A stretch of DNA of 63,011 nt, filler included, from Dimargaris cristalligena (taxonomy: Eukaryota), in the NCBI GenBank assembly GCA_003614675.1. It is 3 parts of 3 records of this genome, joined end to end, with 100 filler letters (N's around TTAATTAATTAA, not from the genome) between each part and the next. Parts side by side here need not be neighbours in the genome. Positions count along the whole stretch, not along the records: positions 21,065 to 41,995 come from ML002680.1; 2 more parts are not named here. One strand, 5' to 3'. The position numbers and the translations under genes are program-made. The notes below the pieces were generated by a model. That model worked only from the letters and a program-made list of their open reading frames with translations. It ran no database searches and was not told the origin of the DNA. Of this stretch, positions 21,733 to 35,183 are shown one piece after another; the first letter of the stretch is position 1, and each line of letters opens with the position of its first letter.

Positions 21733-23682
21733 TTAAACACCCGATATTATGTGCCGCATGGTCTCATCGCTAAATGACCCATTAAATGTCGGCTCCGTAG
21801 GGGATGTGAATGAGGACGAGCCCGGATTGTTTCTGGTGCTGGTCAGCCCAGAAGCCATATTGGGGGAAATGGAGAGCATACTGAACCCCAAGGAGTGGGC
21901 CCCGCTATTGGTGTTATTAAGCGGTGGTGGGGGCACGGCAATCCCGGTCGATCCCGGCGAATTGAGAAAGGCGGGGAGACTTTCTAATAATTTTGAGAAG
22001 GAGTGGGGGGTATAAGCCCTACCGTCGGCCGTGGCGGTGGCCAAATGGAACAATGGGTCGGAGGGCAAACCACTACTGGCGCTATCGCTTTCGATATAAT
22101 ACACATTAGCATAGTGGCCATTTATAGTAGGCAGGTGATCTGCTGTGGCCCTATTGCCATCGAAGGTAGGCTGACCGTAGTGGTTGGAAGTAGCCGACGG
22201 CGAGTTCTGAGTGGACGGATTGGACAGGGGGGATCCAGTACCGGCCCTGAAGGAAGGCCCGGCAGTGAGGCCGGCATTTAAATGTCCTAATTCAGGGTGA
22301 TGGTGATTCAGAACTTCCGGGTTATGTTCCACCAGGTAGGGCTGGTGGGGTGCATCGGTCCGGGCCGTAGTGAGGTAACCCATTGTGTCAAAGGGCCCAC
22401 CTGCTAGAGAAGAACCCCCGCTTGGGTGGTTTTCCTCCCTCTGGGTTGTGTTTAGCAGCCCGCTCGCCGGTAGAAAATGGGGATCATTACCAGTGAGGGA
22501 GAGTTCGGGTCGTCGATTGAGCGTAGTATTTTGCAATTGGTCGCAGGCCGCCTGCCAGTCGACACTATCACAATTCATAACTAACCGGGTTAGCAGTCCG
22601 GGGGCAAAGTTACCCATTTCGGGCGGGTAAACCCGGGCCCAAGCGGGGGTTAAACTGCCCGCCGGCTGTGCCAGAGAGCAACTGAATACCCGGGGCGGTG
22701 AGGAGAAGGCTATGCACAATTGCACGTTGGGAAGATTTTGGGGGCACTGGATCAAGTCCACCAAGTCGGACCACGCAAACAGGATGCGGTAGATCGTTTG
22801 TTCCAACCGGTTGCTGATCACCCATTCGATTTCGCCGGTCGCTTCAAGAACCCGGTACCACAGGGAAACTTCCCTGGATTGGCGGTGGGTCCAGGTACCC
22901 AGGACGAGCCCCTGCGCCGCAAACACGGTAGGGCGGCTGCCGGGGAAGAGACCGCCACTACTCGGGGCCGAAGTAGGCGTCAGCGGCTGCGAATGAACCC
23001 GCGAAGGCATATTTTCGTCGATTATGGGGTTCGATTGGGCGGTCGGGGGGTAGGTGGGCGTTAGCGGTGCCGTAGACGGTCTACCTCCGGACCAGACCGG
23101 GACCCGTGGGTGACCGTGCGGGTGACCCTGGGGCGAAGTGGCCGGCGAGACGGGAATGGGAAACGATAAAGTGGCCTGGTTGCTGTAGCTGGGAGGAGTG
23201 GGGAACACGCCGTGGTAGAGGTTGAAGGGGTTCATGGCGAGGGAATGGTGAGGGTGGGGGACCTGGGGCGACGACAGTCCAGTGGGTATGCCGAGTTGCA
23301 AGGCCTGCGAGTCAATTTGGAGGGGTGGGGCCATGTTGGGAATCAGGGCCGTCCGGGGCAGGTACGCCGAGGTAGTGGGGGTGGTGTGAGGGTTAGTGGT
23401 GGTGTTGGGGTTGGCCATGGTGGACGCTAAACAAGCTTGGCTGGTCCGCTGTCCGCGCACGCGACGTTTAAGGCCCTGCCGCCGGTTTTGAAACCAAATC
23501 TTGACTTTATGTTCGCTCGTACTCGTATACTCGGCCATTTCTTCGCGTTGCTGCCGAGAGGGGCATTCCTGCTCCCTGAATTTTTGGTTCATGTATTCCA
23601 GGTCGGTGCCGACGAACCGGGGCGTGCGTACGGTGACCCGGCGGGTTGCCCGGTTCTCAGAATTGGGGCGTGCCCGGGGCAT
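21733..23682 (-). CDS. Homeodomain transcription factor, Phx1/Pah1/HOY1-like
   Basis: PSRQQREEMAEYTSTSEHKVKIWFQNRRQGLKRR near the N-terminus. Central globular segment FAAQGLVLGTWTH...YRILFAWSDL...FSSPPRVF resembles the second domain of that family. 649 aa, intronless. Confidence 0.9.
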   Translation of the reverse strand: MPRARPNSENRATRRVTVRTPRFVGTDLEYMNQKFREQECPSRQQREEMAEYTSTSEHKVKIWFQNRRQGLKRRVRGQRTSQACLASTMANPNTTTNPHTTPTTSAYLPRTALIPNMAPPLQIDSQALQLGIPTGLSSPQVPHPHHSLAMNPFNLYHGVFPTPPSYSNQATLSFPIPVSPATSPQGHPHGHPRVPVWSGGRPSTAPLTPTYPPTAQSNPIIDENMPSRVHSQPLTPTSAPSSGGLFPGSRPTVFAAQGLVLGTWTHRQSREVSLWYRVLEATGEIEWVISNRLEQTIYRILFAWSDLVDLIQCPQNLPNVQLCIAFSSPPRVFSCSLAQPAGSLTPAWARVYPPEMGNFAPGLLTRLVMNCDSVDWQAACDQLQNTTLNRRPELSLTGNDPHFLPASGLLNTTQREENHPSGGSSLAGGPFDTMGYLTTARTDAPHQPYLVEHNPEVLNHHHPELGHLNAGLTAGPSFRAGTGSPLSNPSTQNSPSATSNHYGQPTFDGNRATADHLPTINGHYANVYYIESDSASSGLPSDPLFHLATATADGRAYTPHSFSKLLESLPAFLNSPGSTGIAVPPPPLNNTNSGAHSLGFSMLSISPNMASGLTSTRNNPGSSSFTSPTEPTFNGSFSDETMRHIISGV

Positions 23683-26600
23683 AGTGGTAGGAGGGGTATG
23701 TAAGTAGATATGTGTGGAGGAGTAGGGTAGTATATGCTAGCACGGCAATGTAGAAAGAAATTGGTCAAGCTATTGCACCGAATAGAAGTACACCTGGGCT
23801 GAAAATAGTAGAGGTACGATGATCACCTTTTTATAAGTTCCTATATTTTGCGGAAAGTGGAAATTGGGGGATTCACGTATATAGTAAGAGCTGCCAACTG
23901 CTGGAAGACACTATCCAACGTGGGAAGATATCGGAGCAGCCGAAAGACACAATAGATGAATATTCTTCCAGGGGAAAAATAAAATAGGAAGATTCGGGGC
24001 AACGCAGCTGGGATATAATGAGGGGGAACAAGCAACTACTCGAAAATAAATGTGTGATATAAAGTGATGGCAGCTGTACATAGTCCGCCGGCACACGAAA
24101 TGTTAATGGTTTCTTCCTAGACAACTATGCCACGTAATAGGGCCAGTAGAGGGATAGTACCGTGGATGAACGCGAGATTAGAAATCGGATACAGACGACC
24201 GGTAGGGTCCAAATTCACGGTTTGAAGAATAAGTAGCACCCGTAATAATAGCCAATGGACTGGGTGGGTGGTAGACGAGTAGGCGGAGCCAGGTGGGCTG
24301 GATTATATATACAGCAGGGCGAAATAGGAGGGGCCAGTGAGATGTAAGGCAAAAATAAAGAAGCCAGTCGAGAGAGCGAGAGGGCACGGTATATATATAT
24401 ATATACAGGTTTATATTTATATTTATATATAGATAAATGAGCCGAGCGCAAGGAGGATATACTCGGAAAGATTATAGCTCAAGCGATACAGAGTACGATG
24501 GCATTGGGAGAAAATCGCAGGGCTTCCGATTGCTGTGGTAGCACAGGGTGTGGAAAAAGGGAGGGAGGGTGGGTGCCGGAGAGAATTATCAAGGGTGGTA
24601 AGAACCAGGGCCTCTTCTACACATAAGGAAGGACGAGAGAGAGAGAAAAGAGGGGGACAGCGAATGTGGTTTTGTTCGCCATTGTGGTCTTTTTCTCTCT
24701 TTTTATGATATTCCCGATCCAAGGAAGAGGAGGGGGAAAGGGAGAGGGGGGGCCAACGGTGCCAGTTCCGCTGGGAGTATTCTACACCACCCTTCACCAT
24801 CTGTGTAGATGGTGTACATATGTGTTCACCACGGCGGTGACAGCCCCGTTCCTCGAGGCCCGACGCCCTCCTGTGTACCGCACGGGCGTTGATGGGTTAC
24901 ACCACTGGGTAGGGGACACGATGAAAGGGACCCTCCTATCACCCCCCCCTCGAACTACACACCAAACGCAAGAAGTGGTCGTGGTGCTCCACCACTAGAA
25001 TAGCTTCTACGCTTACTGGCATCGTAATCCAACCCTTCTCCCCCGACCCATTATTCTTCCTTTCCTTTCGTAACTACTATGGAGGAACTGTGACTTACAT
25101 AATGGGGCCGTTGAGTAAATCATGAAGGTTCCATCTACTGGCTACTTGGCTGCTTCGGAATCCAGCAACTGGTTCATCCACCAGCCATCTTAGTGGAGAG
25201 AACGCTTTCCCTACCCAAAGAGCGATGGCTACCACTTTCTCGGCGTGGCTCTCCTTCCTCCACTCCGGTGGTTTTTTCGGTTACAAAATGGCCAATCCCT
25301 CGCTTTCGTTTGCACCTTGTAACGTGGTGCTGCCCATTCGCCTGGCTCAGTCGATGCCCCCGGTGGATTGATGGGTGATTGGTCAGGCGAATTTCCCTGA
25401 CATCGCACGTAGAGAGCGACTATTCCATTCTAAGCAGCGCAGCTTGGCAGAACCCCATGAGAGGAAAATGTGAGGAGGGGTGTTCAATAGGCGTATTCTT
25501 CAGCGAATACTCGAGTCGATATCAACGGCCAAAAGAGAACCTGGATCATCAAGCACCATGGTACTCTGTATGAACAAAGGGCCCTTCACCAGCGAAGAGA
25601 GGGTAACAAAGATGGCCGCGGAAGATAAACGACGAACTTCACCACCCCAGCAGCCGGTAAAGCTCGTATTTCCGCGTCTCCCATTCCCCCCAAAACCACA
25701 CCACCACCACCACCACGACCATTGCTCGATGTGAACGGAACCCCCCATTTCCACTACAGTTTTTTTACCCACGACCGCACGAATGAATAATCAACGCGGA
25801 CCACCAACCGGAGCCTGTGCCCACGGTAATTCGGCCTTAAGTTCACTTATTCGCCAATCACTACTAAAGGGGATCGAAACTCCTCTAAACAAGGGAATGC
25901 TGTCCTCTAATAGAGCCTCCCCCTCCAGAAGGCAAAGGCTAGAGATGGACCAATAATAAACTTAGTAGGACGATGGCGGCGGGGGGAGGGAAGGAACACC
26001 GCTAACGCAATTGCAGCGGAGGCTCTCCAACTGCGCCCATTGGTGCTCTTTATCGACGGGCATCGTCCATTGAATTTCGACGCTGGAGCGCCACTACTAG
26101 ACCTTGTTGGCTTCGCGAATGGGCGTTGGCTGGAATCTAGCGTGGTTGTGGCGTAGAAGTGGTAATGCTTGGCAAATACCAAAAATCATTGGCTATCGGC
26201 TATTTAGAAATGCCGTGGGGTAAGTTGAGCCATCCAAGGGTTTTATTGGTAGGTTCCAGTTGAGAGATGCTTTGGCCATTGTTTAGGTCGAAAATGGCTA
26301 GTCTGTGGGGGGGGTGACCGTTACCTTATACTGCCCTGGTTTCAATAGGCCGTTTTTCCTAGTATTGCCCACATAAAGTGAGTTTGGTGCCTTTATAGTA
26401 GGAGTATTTGTATTCTATAAAAGATGGCATGAATTTTAAGCCTATACTCGGTAGGTGTGTGTTAATCCGATAAAATGAAACCACGCCTATTATTGATTCA
26501 AATGGGAGTAGTTCAGCGAGGCTGTATAACGAAAGATCCATTTGATGAGGCAAATACTACTGGTTGAAAATAAACATCCCACCGATTTTCCCATGCACAT

Positions 26601-29600
26601 ATCGGTTAAACCCTTATACAACCAAGCTGAACTTCACCCAAATAGAAGCGGAGAGGAAGCCGCTGGATCTTCTTCTACCCATGGCAACGGATCCACTCTT
26701 ATGTGGGAAATGATTTTTCTAAATCGGCTCACCATCCAATGAATGATATGCCCATGGCCTCGCAAAATCCATATACCAGGCTATCCGTGACTTGGGTATT
26801 TTAAATCAAAATTATTAGTAAACAACCATAGCGATAACCAAGCCCGATTTTTAATGATCATATGGGTTGGGCTGGTTTCCTCCATAAACATTCACCAATA
26901 CAGCCCACCCCAGGATCGGTTGCTGGCCAGTCAATTGATTCTACTCCATTATACGCTATACACCCATAATTCCTTGCATTCTATTCCGGGAATGCTGTAC
27001 CCAATGTCAGCAACCCCATTAGGCAGCTAGCTGTACTAGGTTGGATTTTCCCAGTCCCATGACGAACTGCTAAAGCGCCTAAATGGTTTTTTGAACGCCC
27101 GTCAGCCGACTGTTTCGAGCCTCGTCTTCCACTAACCGGACGTTATTTTCCCATTGTTGTTCTTTTTTTTTCTAGGCGTCTCCGATTCGCGCGCTACACT
27201 TCCATGACCACTAATCACCGCTACTCTGGGTCGATGTTTACCTACCCCACACCCACTCCCAAATTCGCCGAGTCCTCCCAAATATATATAATATCCGACT
27301 ATACATTTAGCATCACCCCAATCACGAAGGACCCATCAACATATATACACACAGTGATCTAGCTGTGGGTGTAGCAGGATTATGCCAAAATCATACAGTG
27401 AAGGCCAGTAGGCTTGGTACACTTCAAGTCACATCTATGATATGATCATGGTTACGCAGTGCGACAGTCCCAAAATAATATACGAGGTTTTCCGATTCAA
27501 GATGCCACATTCGGATAAATGGGTCCAGCCACTCGTAAAACCATGGCTCTTGGGCTAACCTGCTGTCTCCACGATTGGGGAACACGGGTGGGGCAAACAA
27601 CGGAGTGGCGGTAGTAGTAGTGACATTGGGCCACAAATGTAGTATAGTATTAGCCGAGGAGTATAAATAACAAGGCAACAAGAGGCTTTTTTGAGGTACA
27701 CGTTTACCCAGCACCTCCATTATGGAACTCGACTTATTTCCCTGCCCAGCGGTTGTATTGTCTTTTGAATCATTCCAATTAACCTAATTAGAAGTTGCCA
27801 ACAATGTCTAGACAAGCCGGCAGTGGTAGTGATGGCGATGGATTCGTGAAGGACCGGTTTGTGTGTATATATATGTGTGTGTATCCGGAAGAATAGTTAG
27901 TCCAAGTTTATCGAACCATGGGTTGGGAAAAATATGGGATCCGTAGCTCAGTCTATTTAACACTTTATCGCGGTTTGACAAAACTCGGAATTTGCAAATG
28001 GCCGGTTGATTTTAATAGTGGCCCCTACAAACCTGGCATTCAACCACCCCCCTATTGTTCCCGAAGCGTACCTTATGCCCTGATACTAGGGTATATCTAG
28101 CCTTGCGGAAAGGTGCAATACCACTGGTTAACTGGCTTTTGGGGATAATATACCTCCTAGGTCGCGGCACAGCCCGGCCCAGAATCTAGCGATGAATCCT
28201 TCCGATACGCACCCAAAGTAAAGGGGGCGGTTACAATGAGATGCTCCTACTCTTGGGAAGACCCCTTCCGCCATAAGACCCCGCACCACCCCATTTTTAC
28301 TACATTTATTCCCAATGAATGGGTATTGGTAGATTGGAAATTTCCCTAAGTTAGGGGGTGCACCCTTCTTCGCCGCCAAACGTAACTTGCCCATCAAATG
28401 TACGCCTAGCCTCTATTCATCTGCACGGTTCGAATTTAATGTTACCCCATTACATAAGCCGCAGTTGGCTTGGATTCTTACCCAGGCAGCTAAATCGCCT
28501 ACTTTAAGCAACGCTTTTCGTAGTCGTTCCACTCCCAGTTGGAAGTAAACGTGTTCCCATGCTGGTTGACGAGGACTACAAGGCTGTATACACATAGTCA
28601 GACCGTGTCCAATTTACCGCCTACCTACTATATCGTGTGATTTGGGCAGTAGTTACCGTTAACCTTTATAAAAAATAACAAAATAACAGACTGGACATCA
28701 TCATATACCAAAAATGGATGCGCTGTAACCCAGTACATGGCCCTGCTTACACACACCCATGCCGCAGTTTAGGGTAAACAGGCAACTACAGAAGTGTAGT
28801 AGTTTAATTGTAACTTTCGTCCTTAATGGTATTGTATTTATATATATATTGTCGCCTGACCCCTATCCAACTTACTACCGCAGCCTAGGGTTAACTAACC
28901 GGCATCCTTTACAATTGAACTAGAACAACCAGCGGAATGGTACACACCAGCATTTAGATATTGACGTGTCAAGTATTGATTGTATCCAACTCATCTTGTG
29001 ACAGTCAGGCTACCCTTCCACTTGAGATCCGCGGCGCTCAATCTTAAGATGGGGGACCTGGACTCGTTTGGAAGGTGGTCCAGGCCATATACTCAACAGT
29101 CAGTATTGGAGGAAATGCATCGCCACTCGGCCCCATTTCGGGACCCTGAGATCATACAATATGCCAGCCCCCACACGGGAAAAGGACACTCACATAAATT
29201 TAGGGACAACGGCAGATGTAGTCAATTGTAAGGCGTGCGCGCACTTTGGCCCGGGTACACTGTAAACCAGCAACAGTGATACGGAAGTTGCTTAACCGAC
29301 TTCTTGGACACCTACAGCTGTACCCTATATCTAGTTTAAAACACTTTAGTAACTTGGCCCTTGAAATGACCCGAAACTCTACTTGATCAAAATTGTTAAA
29401 TGGACCTACAGGACAATATGTTCCTAGCAAGGCCCTCGTACTCTTCCGTAGAATATTCGAATGTATTTGGTTGCTCTGAAGTCCATAGCATTTCAATTTA
29501 ATTATTATAATATCTTAGTGGTCTCAGGTACCATGTTTAAAAATGGGCAGTATATTATTACCCAGTAGCCGTGAGGGTGACATAGTTCAGTCATGGAATA

Positions 29601-32557
29601 GTAAGGACTTGAGTTGAATTTCAGGTGGACAATACTACGACACCGTATTGGTGGCGGTATCCCAGTACCTAGTCGTCCGCGCCAGACTGCACCATATATT
29701 GCCCCGCTATCTGGGAATTAGACACTCCAGTACTTTAAATTACGTGGTTAATTTTTTTTTAAGTGAACGTATTGATAGACTCTCGCCTTCAATCGCCTTT
29801 CCAAAACACCCCTCTACAAAATGGTAGAGTTACAGAATGAGAGTAGGCTGAGAGACGAAATCCAGTAGATTGGGTTTTCCATCTCAAATTCGTAGAGAAA
29901 CCGCCTGAGTGCTTCCGTACTAACAAAATACGGGTCTCCTAGTCCAAGCAACTGTATATTCACTAAGGGTGTAAGCGTTAAGACCCAGAATCAGAAGAAA
30001 AAAGGATAAGTTCCTCAAACTAAAATGGCGGATATACGTGTACCGGTATATAAAATAATTGTAACTCCGATAAATAGAACCCATTACCTTTGAGGGACCG
30101 AATATGTTGGGGTGGGTCAATACAGGAAGCATTTTACATAACCGATGATGTTGGTTTATTTAACTGGGACAAATGAGTCAGGGGATTTCGGTCGGGATCG
30201 CTTGTAGTCACACTGTAGAGCCTCACGGACGGGAGGTCACCGTCTTCTTCTGTTATTAACACCAGTGGGACTAGCTTCGGGCAGGGTTATCATGGGTCAA
30301 TGACGGGGGTTGGAAGATACAAATATTGGATAGTGGGGCCTGAATAGAGCGGTGGTATCTATGGACCTGAATGTCTGTCAGCGATGATGTAAGACTAAAT
30401 CCGAAACATACGGCCGAATGGAAAATGTTCCCCAGTTTGGACACACCCTAAAATAACGACCTGAATTGCTTATACCTGATATACTTCCCGCTCCTAATAT
30501 AAACAACCTAACGGTAGTGGGAATGTTGGATGCCAACAGAACCCCGATTTCCGGATATATGGGACGTGCCGAAGCGTCTTGAACTCATCTGAGTTGGCTA
30601 CCACCCTCCTGGTTTCTACTTTTTTTTTTTTACAATCGGACACCCCATTTCAACCCTTCCTCCCTATCTCAAACTGGATTTTCCCAGCGAACCTCTCTAC
30701 GTTTTGGACATCTCGGCTAAGGAAACAGGCCTGCAGGTTGGGCCAATCCTATTCATAGAACTAATCTACGAATGGGCCGATATATACTTTCCATTTAGTC
30801 GAATACTGATAATATAGACTATGGCAGCTATCCAATACTAGAATAAACCATTCGATAGGAAACCAGTCACCCGTGTAGTGGAAATCTCTAATGAGATCGG
30901 CACTCATTAAAACAGAATCGATCTCAGGTCATGGCTATCGGTATCAGTAAGCAAATGCCCCTTTCCTGATACTGTGTTTATAGGGGTAGATGCCAAAAAT
31001 TAAATGGGGTGGAGGTTATGTCACTAAAAAATCGGGCAGCGAGTGCCAAGTAGCCGGAGAGGTATATAGTTGGAAAAAATTAAATGGCGTACGCGGGAAA
31101 TGAATTGGGCGTAATAACTAAATAACCGGAATGATGGTATGTGAGGAAGAGAGGGCTGGCACGTCTAGACAAGTGAGGGTGGAGGGGGGGACATCTGTAC
31201 CTCAAACCCAGCCAGTTGATTTGGCATCAGATAGAGACCCTTGGAATATAAGGGTTCGTGTGTAGACGCTGCCTAGTTATAAAGCCAGGACTTTAAAGAA
31301 TGTAAGCACCCATTAATCTACTCGAATAGCCCCCACTGTTTGGCCAAATACTGCCTATCGCCTAATCCACTTTCTTTGGTTTAAATATCGTAAAGTGTAG
31401 TATCCTGGAATGGTCTGTGTTGTAGTCAAATCTGAAAGATGGACAAGCGCACAAGAATAGACTGTCTATAGAATCACGTGGTTGATGCCTGTGGGTGTAT
31501 TAGGGATTAAGGCGCTATAGTAGTAGTAGATAAACCCCTCTACATCCAAGCGCTCCCAATACATTTAATATATAGGAGGAGAGACACTAATTGGAAATGA
31601 TTTCTGGCAGTATGCAACCTCCACAAAAGATGAAATGATACTGGGAGCACTTGCCAGAAAACCGACTAGTTAAGACTCCAAATTAAATATCGCGCCCTCT
31701 AGTCAAGCCCGACCTGTACAAGCGCACGATGGCAAAGGCCACGAGTATCATTTTAGTGACGGATGGGGAGTGGAGTTGTTGTTCCTCGAAGCCCCTATAT
31801 GTCACGCGTGGGGTACGAAGATGCCGCCGGTTAAAAACGGAGCGAAAGAAAAGGATCACCATATCCTCGAAAAGCGCGACTGGTGGCGGTGATGCACACG
31901 TCGCACAAGTCCAACTCGACAGGTACAGCCGCCCCGGCGACTTTACCCAACTCCCCCCCGACCTAGTGGAGGACAGTGGGGAAGTCTAGGTTGCTCGGCT
32001 CAATAATGTCCCCCCCTCCAGTATATTTAGAGGGGACGACGCAGGAACTTGGGTCGCCGCCCTACTATTCCAAAGAAGCTACAGCACACCCAATGGTGGT
32101 GCGTGGCGCTTGAGTAAAAAGGAAGAAGGGTTTTAATGGGGAGAGCGAGCTAGAAAAAAACGAGAAAGAGGAAAGCGCCCTTTAGTGAGCCAAGTGAGGA
32201 GGAGGGTCTCGTGTGGTTGTACAACTCTCCTTGTCGGCCCCCATTGCAAAGCTTTTACAAGCTTGGAGACCACCAAAGGAAGAGGAGGGGATAGTTTTGC
32301 CTATATGGGTGTGTTGTGTGCTCCTTTCGCCCCCCGCCGCACCCAGCCAAACGGAATGCACACCCCACATAGTCAACGTCCCTTTGCTCCCTTATTCTTC
32401 TTTCTCTCCCATTGTGAAAGACCCGTATTCTAACTATCCCTTTCATTCACTTCTATTTCCATTGTATGTTTCCTTAACTTGTCCATTTGGTCTCTTTCAC
32501 TTCCATCTCTTCGCATACCCGCCCCAACGCAACCCCCTCTCCTGCCAGTATCCCAGA

Positions 32558-33510
32558 ATGTCCGAATACTGTCCCGTGTATGCCCCATTCTTTGGCTTTG
32601 CCGGCGTCTTCGGTGCCATGGTCTTTAGTAGTAAGTGTCCCCTCCTCAGTAGTATATGACTGGTTAGCATTAAAAGTCTCCTAGGTCCAGAGGAGAAACA
32701 GCGCATCTCGACGCTTGGCTCGGTTTCTCGTGCATTCTTGTCTTAGAGTAGGGCGCTAATGTGCCACCCCTAGTCCGAATGACCAAAGTACTAGTGACTA
32801 TGGCGACCAACGCAACCCGCGCTAACCACCCTATCATATAAAAAACCCTCCATTATACCATCTCTGCTTAGCCATGGGCGCTGCCTACGGAACGGCCAAG
32901 TCCGGTATCGGTATCGCCGGTATGGGTACCTTCTACCCCCACTTGATTATGAAGGTAAGTTATTGGCAACATCTCCCTCCCCGCTACCCCATTAATGCAT
33001 CTTATATTATGCCTACTATCTGGCATTTCGGTTTTTGGCGCTTGATGACACCCTACCCCCCGGGCTGGTTTGCCAAACGGTTTACTTGTTCACATCCTCG
33101 CCGTTCTATACACCAGCCAAGCCCGTGCCTCTACTAATGTTATACCCTATGGTATCACCTCTTATCTACCCCAGTCCCTTATTCCCGTGGTCATGGCGGG
33201 TATCATTGCCGTCTACGGTCTCGTCGCCTCGGTGCTCATTTCCGGTTCGCTCGGCAAGCCCGGTCAGTACTCGCTCTACACGGGATTCACCCACTTGGCC
33301 GCCGGCTTTTCGGTTGGTTTGACCGGCCTAGCCGCCGGCTATAGTATCGGTATCGTGGGTGACTGCTCGGTGCGCGGTTATGCTCTACAGAACCGTCTGT
33401 TCGTCTCCATGGTGCTCATCCTCATTTTTGCCGAAGTGCTGGGACTTTACGGTCTGATTGTGGGTCTGATTTTGAATACCCGAGGTGACAACGAAGTCTG
33501 CAAAATGTAG
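32558..33510 (+). CDS. VMA11: V-ATPase V0 proteolipid subunit c'
   Basis: Exons 32558-32630, 32872-32954, 33175-33510: [16 protein letters not shown]...[37 protein letters not shown]...[27 protein letters not shown] is c'-type rather than VMA3-type. Confidence 0.92.
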
Positions 33511-34253
33511 TAGATTCCAATTTGTATGGGTGTGTGTTGGGGTTGGGTTAACGCGCGACTAGACCAACTCGACCGGTATTTAGCCACACTTTATCCGTAC
33601 CTATATTGCAAGCCATCTTGAGCTTCCACGTTGGCCTATCGGCCGGGGTCTCCAGTCCAAATTTTATTTATTTGCTTACACAGTCTACTTGCCAATCGAC
33701 CCCCCCGCTTTTTACTTTATCTTGTTTCTTTTAAAACTTCCGTATCCTGTTTCACTTCAACAAAATCTCTTCTTCGTCGTGTCCGTAATTCTATAACCGT
33801 GTCTTTATTTTTTCCGCCCAGGTTCTATGCAATATTTGACCCTATCTGGTCTTCGTGCTCAAAATAAATCGTAGATCATTCACTACGCTCACTTTGTATT
33901 CGGCTCCACTACCCTTCGGTGGCTAAAGCTTAGGTGTTGGAGCATTATATGTTTAAATACTCACTGGAACAAATGGGGTTCTACAAATGAAGGAATATAA
34001 CCCAACTGGGCCCTGTTCGACATGACCTATCGCTGCTCTGATAATAAGGAATGTCACTAGATAGCGTACAAGGGCTTCATCAGGGAGAAATAAAAATTTA
34101 CTAGACGAGGACGGAGGCAATGAGAGGACGGGTTATACGTTTTTTTTTAAAAAAAAAACAAAAATCAAAAAAATCGGGAAACTAAATGAGAACAGTGGGC
34201 CAAGCCTCGGAGTAATCACATACACATACTTATATATATATATGCTATACTAA

Positions 34254-35183
34254 TTAGACGGTGTTGGCATGACCAATAATTTTAGTCAGCTGGGCAAACT
34301 GAACATTTTCGGTAATGACGGTAGGTTCCACCCGGTTGTATTCGTTGAGGGGGATAGTAACCACTCCGTCGGCCTGTTCCGAGCTTGAAGACCAGCCGAG
34401 GGTGTCGAGCAGGGAAACCAAGTCGGCTCCCTGGAGGTCTAGGTATTGCTCGAGCAGAGGCCGGTCAATAGTCTGGTAGGCCATGGAAATGACGTGGGCG
34501 ATGGTGCGGCGGATGGAGGAGTCGAAGTCGTTCACCTCGACGGTCAGATCGGCGTAGTCCGACTGGCGAAGCGTGGACCAGAAGAGACCGAACTGGGCCT
34601 CCTCAAGGTACTGCTTCAGCTCCATGAGTTTGACGATGGGCTCCTCGGCAGCCTGCCGTGCAGTGTAATTGATGGTGTGGTCGGTAATATAGAGTATTTT
34701 ATGTATATAAAAGAGATGGACCGGGTTAGTAGGTATCCTGGGCCAGGAACACTCGAGCATACCGCCGTTTGGGTTGGTACTTCACACCTGATATTTCAAA
34801 CGGGCGCATTCCCAGAAATACGATATAAGGCGGGCAGTGGCAATATGGAAGCGAAAGGAGAAAGGAAAATCTCGCTGGATTCACGCTAAACTTACGATGG
34901 ACTCGTTGAGAAGGTAGAGACACAGATTGAAGTCGGCGTCGTAGAACTTAGTCAGAGCCTTGACCAGAATCTTGACCAGAGCGGACATGTTCAGCAGATG
35001 AGGGTTGAATTGGTAAAGTTTGAGGATGGCCAGGTTGGCGGCGAGATCATTCTCGTCGTTTTGGCACTGGTTGGTCAAGTATTCCTCGAGAACTTCGGTG
35101 TTGTCGGGGTTGTACCGCTCGACGCTGTTGATCAGCTGGTTGATGGCCTCGGGGCGCGTGGTAGGAGCGAAAGTGGAATCCAT
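34254..35183 (-). CDS. EIF3K: Eukaryotic translation initiation factor 3 subunit K
   Basis: Exons 35183-34896 and 34652-34254: RPEAINQLINSVERYNP...ANLAILKLYQFNP...DFNLCLYLL; C-terminal ENVQFAQLTKII. Confidence 0.93.

Noticed and set aside
24455..24505. U6-like CGATACAGAG box
   Set aside because: The following AAGATTAGCATGGCCCCTG core is missing; U6 is too conserved for this to be real.
31375..31408. U2 snRNA-like AAGTGTAGTATC
   Set aside because: Only about 12 nt match; the strongly conserved flanking U2 stems are absent.
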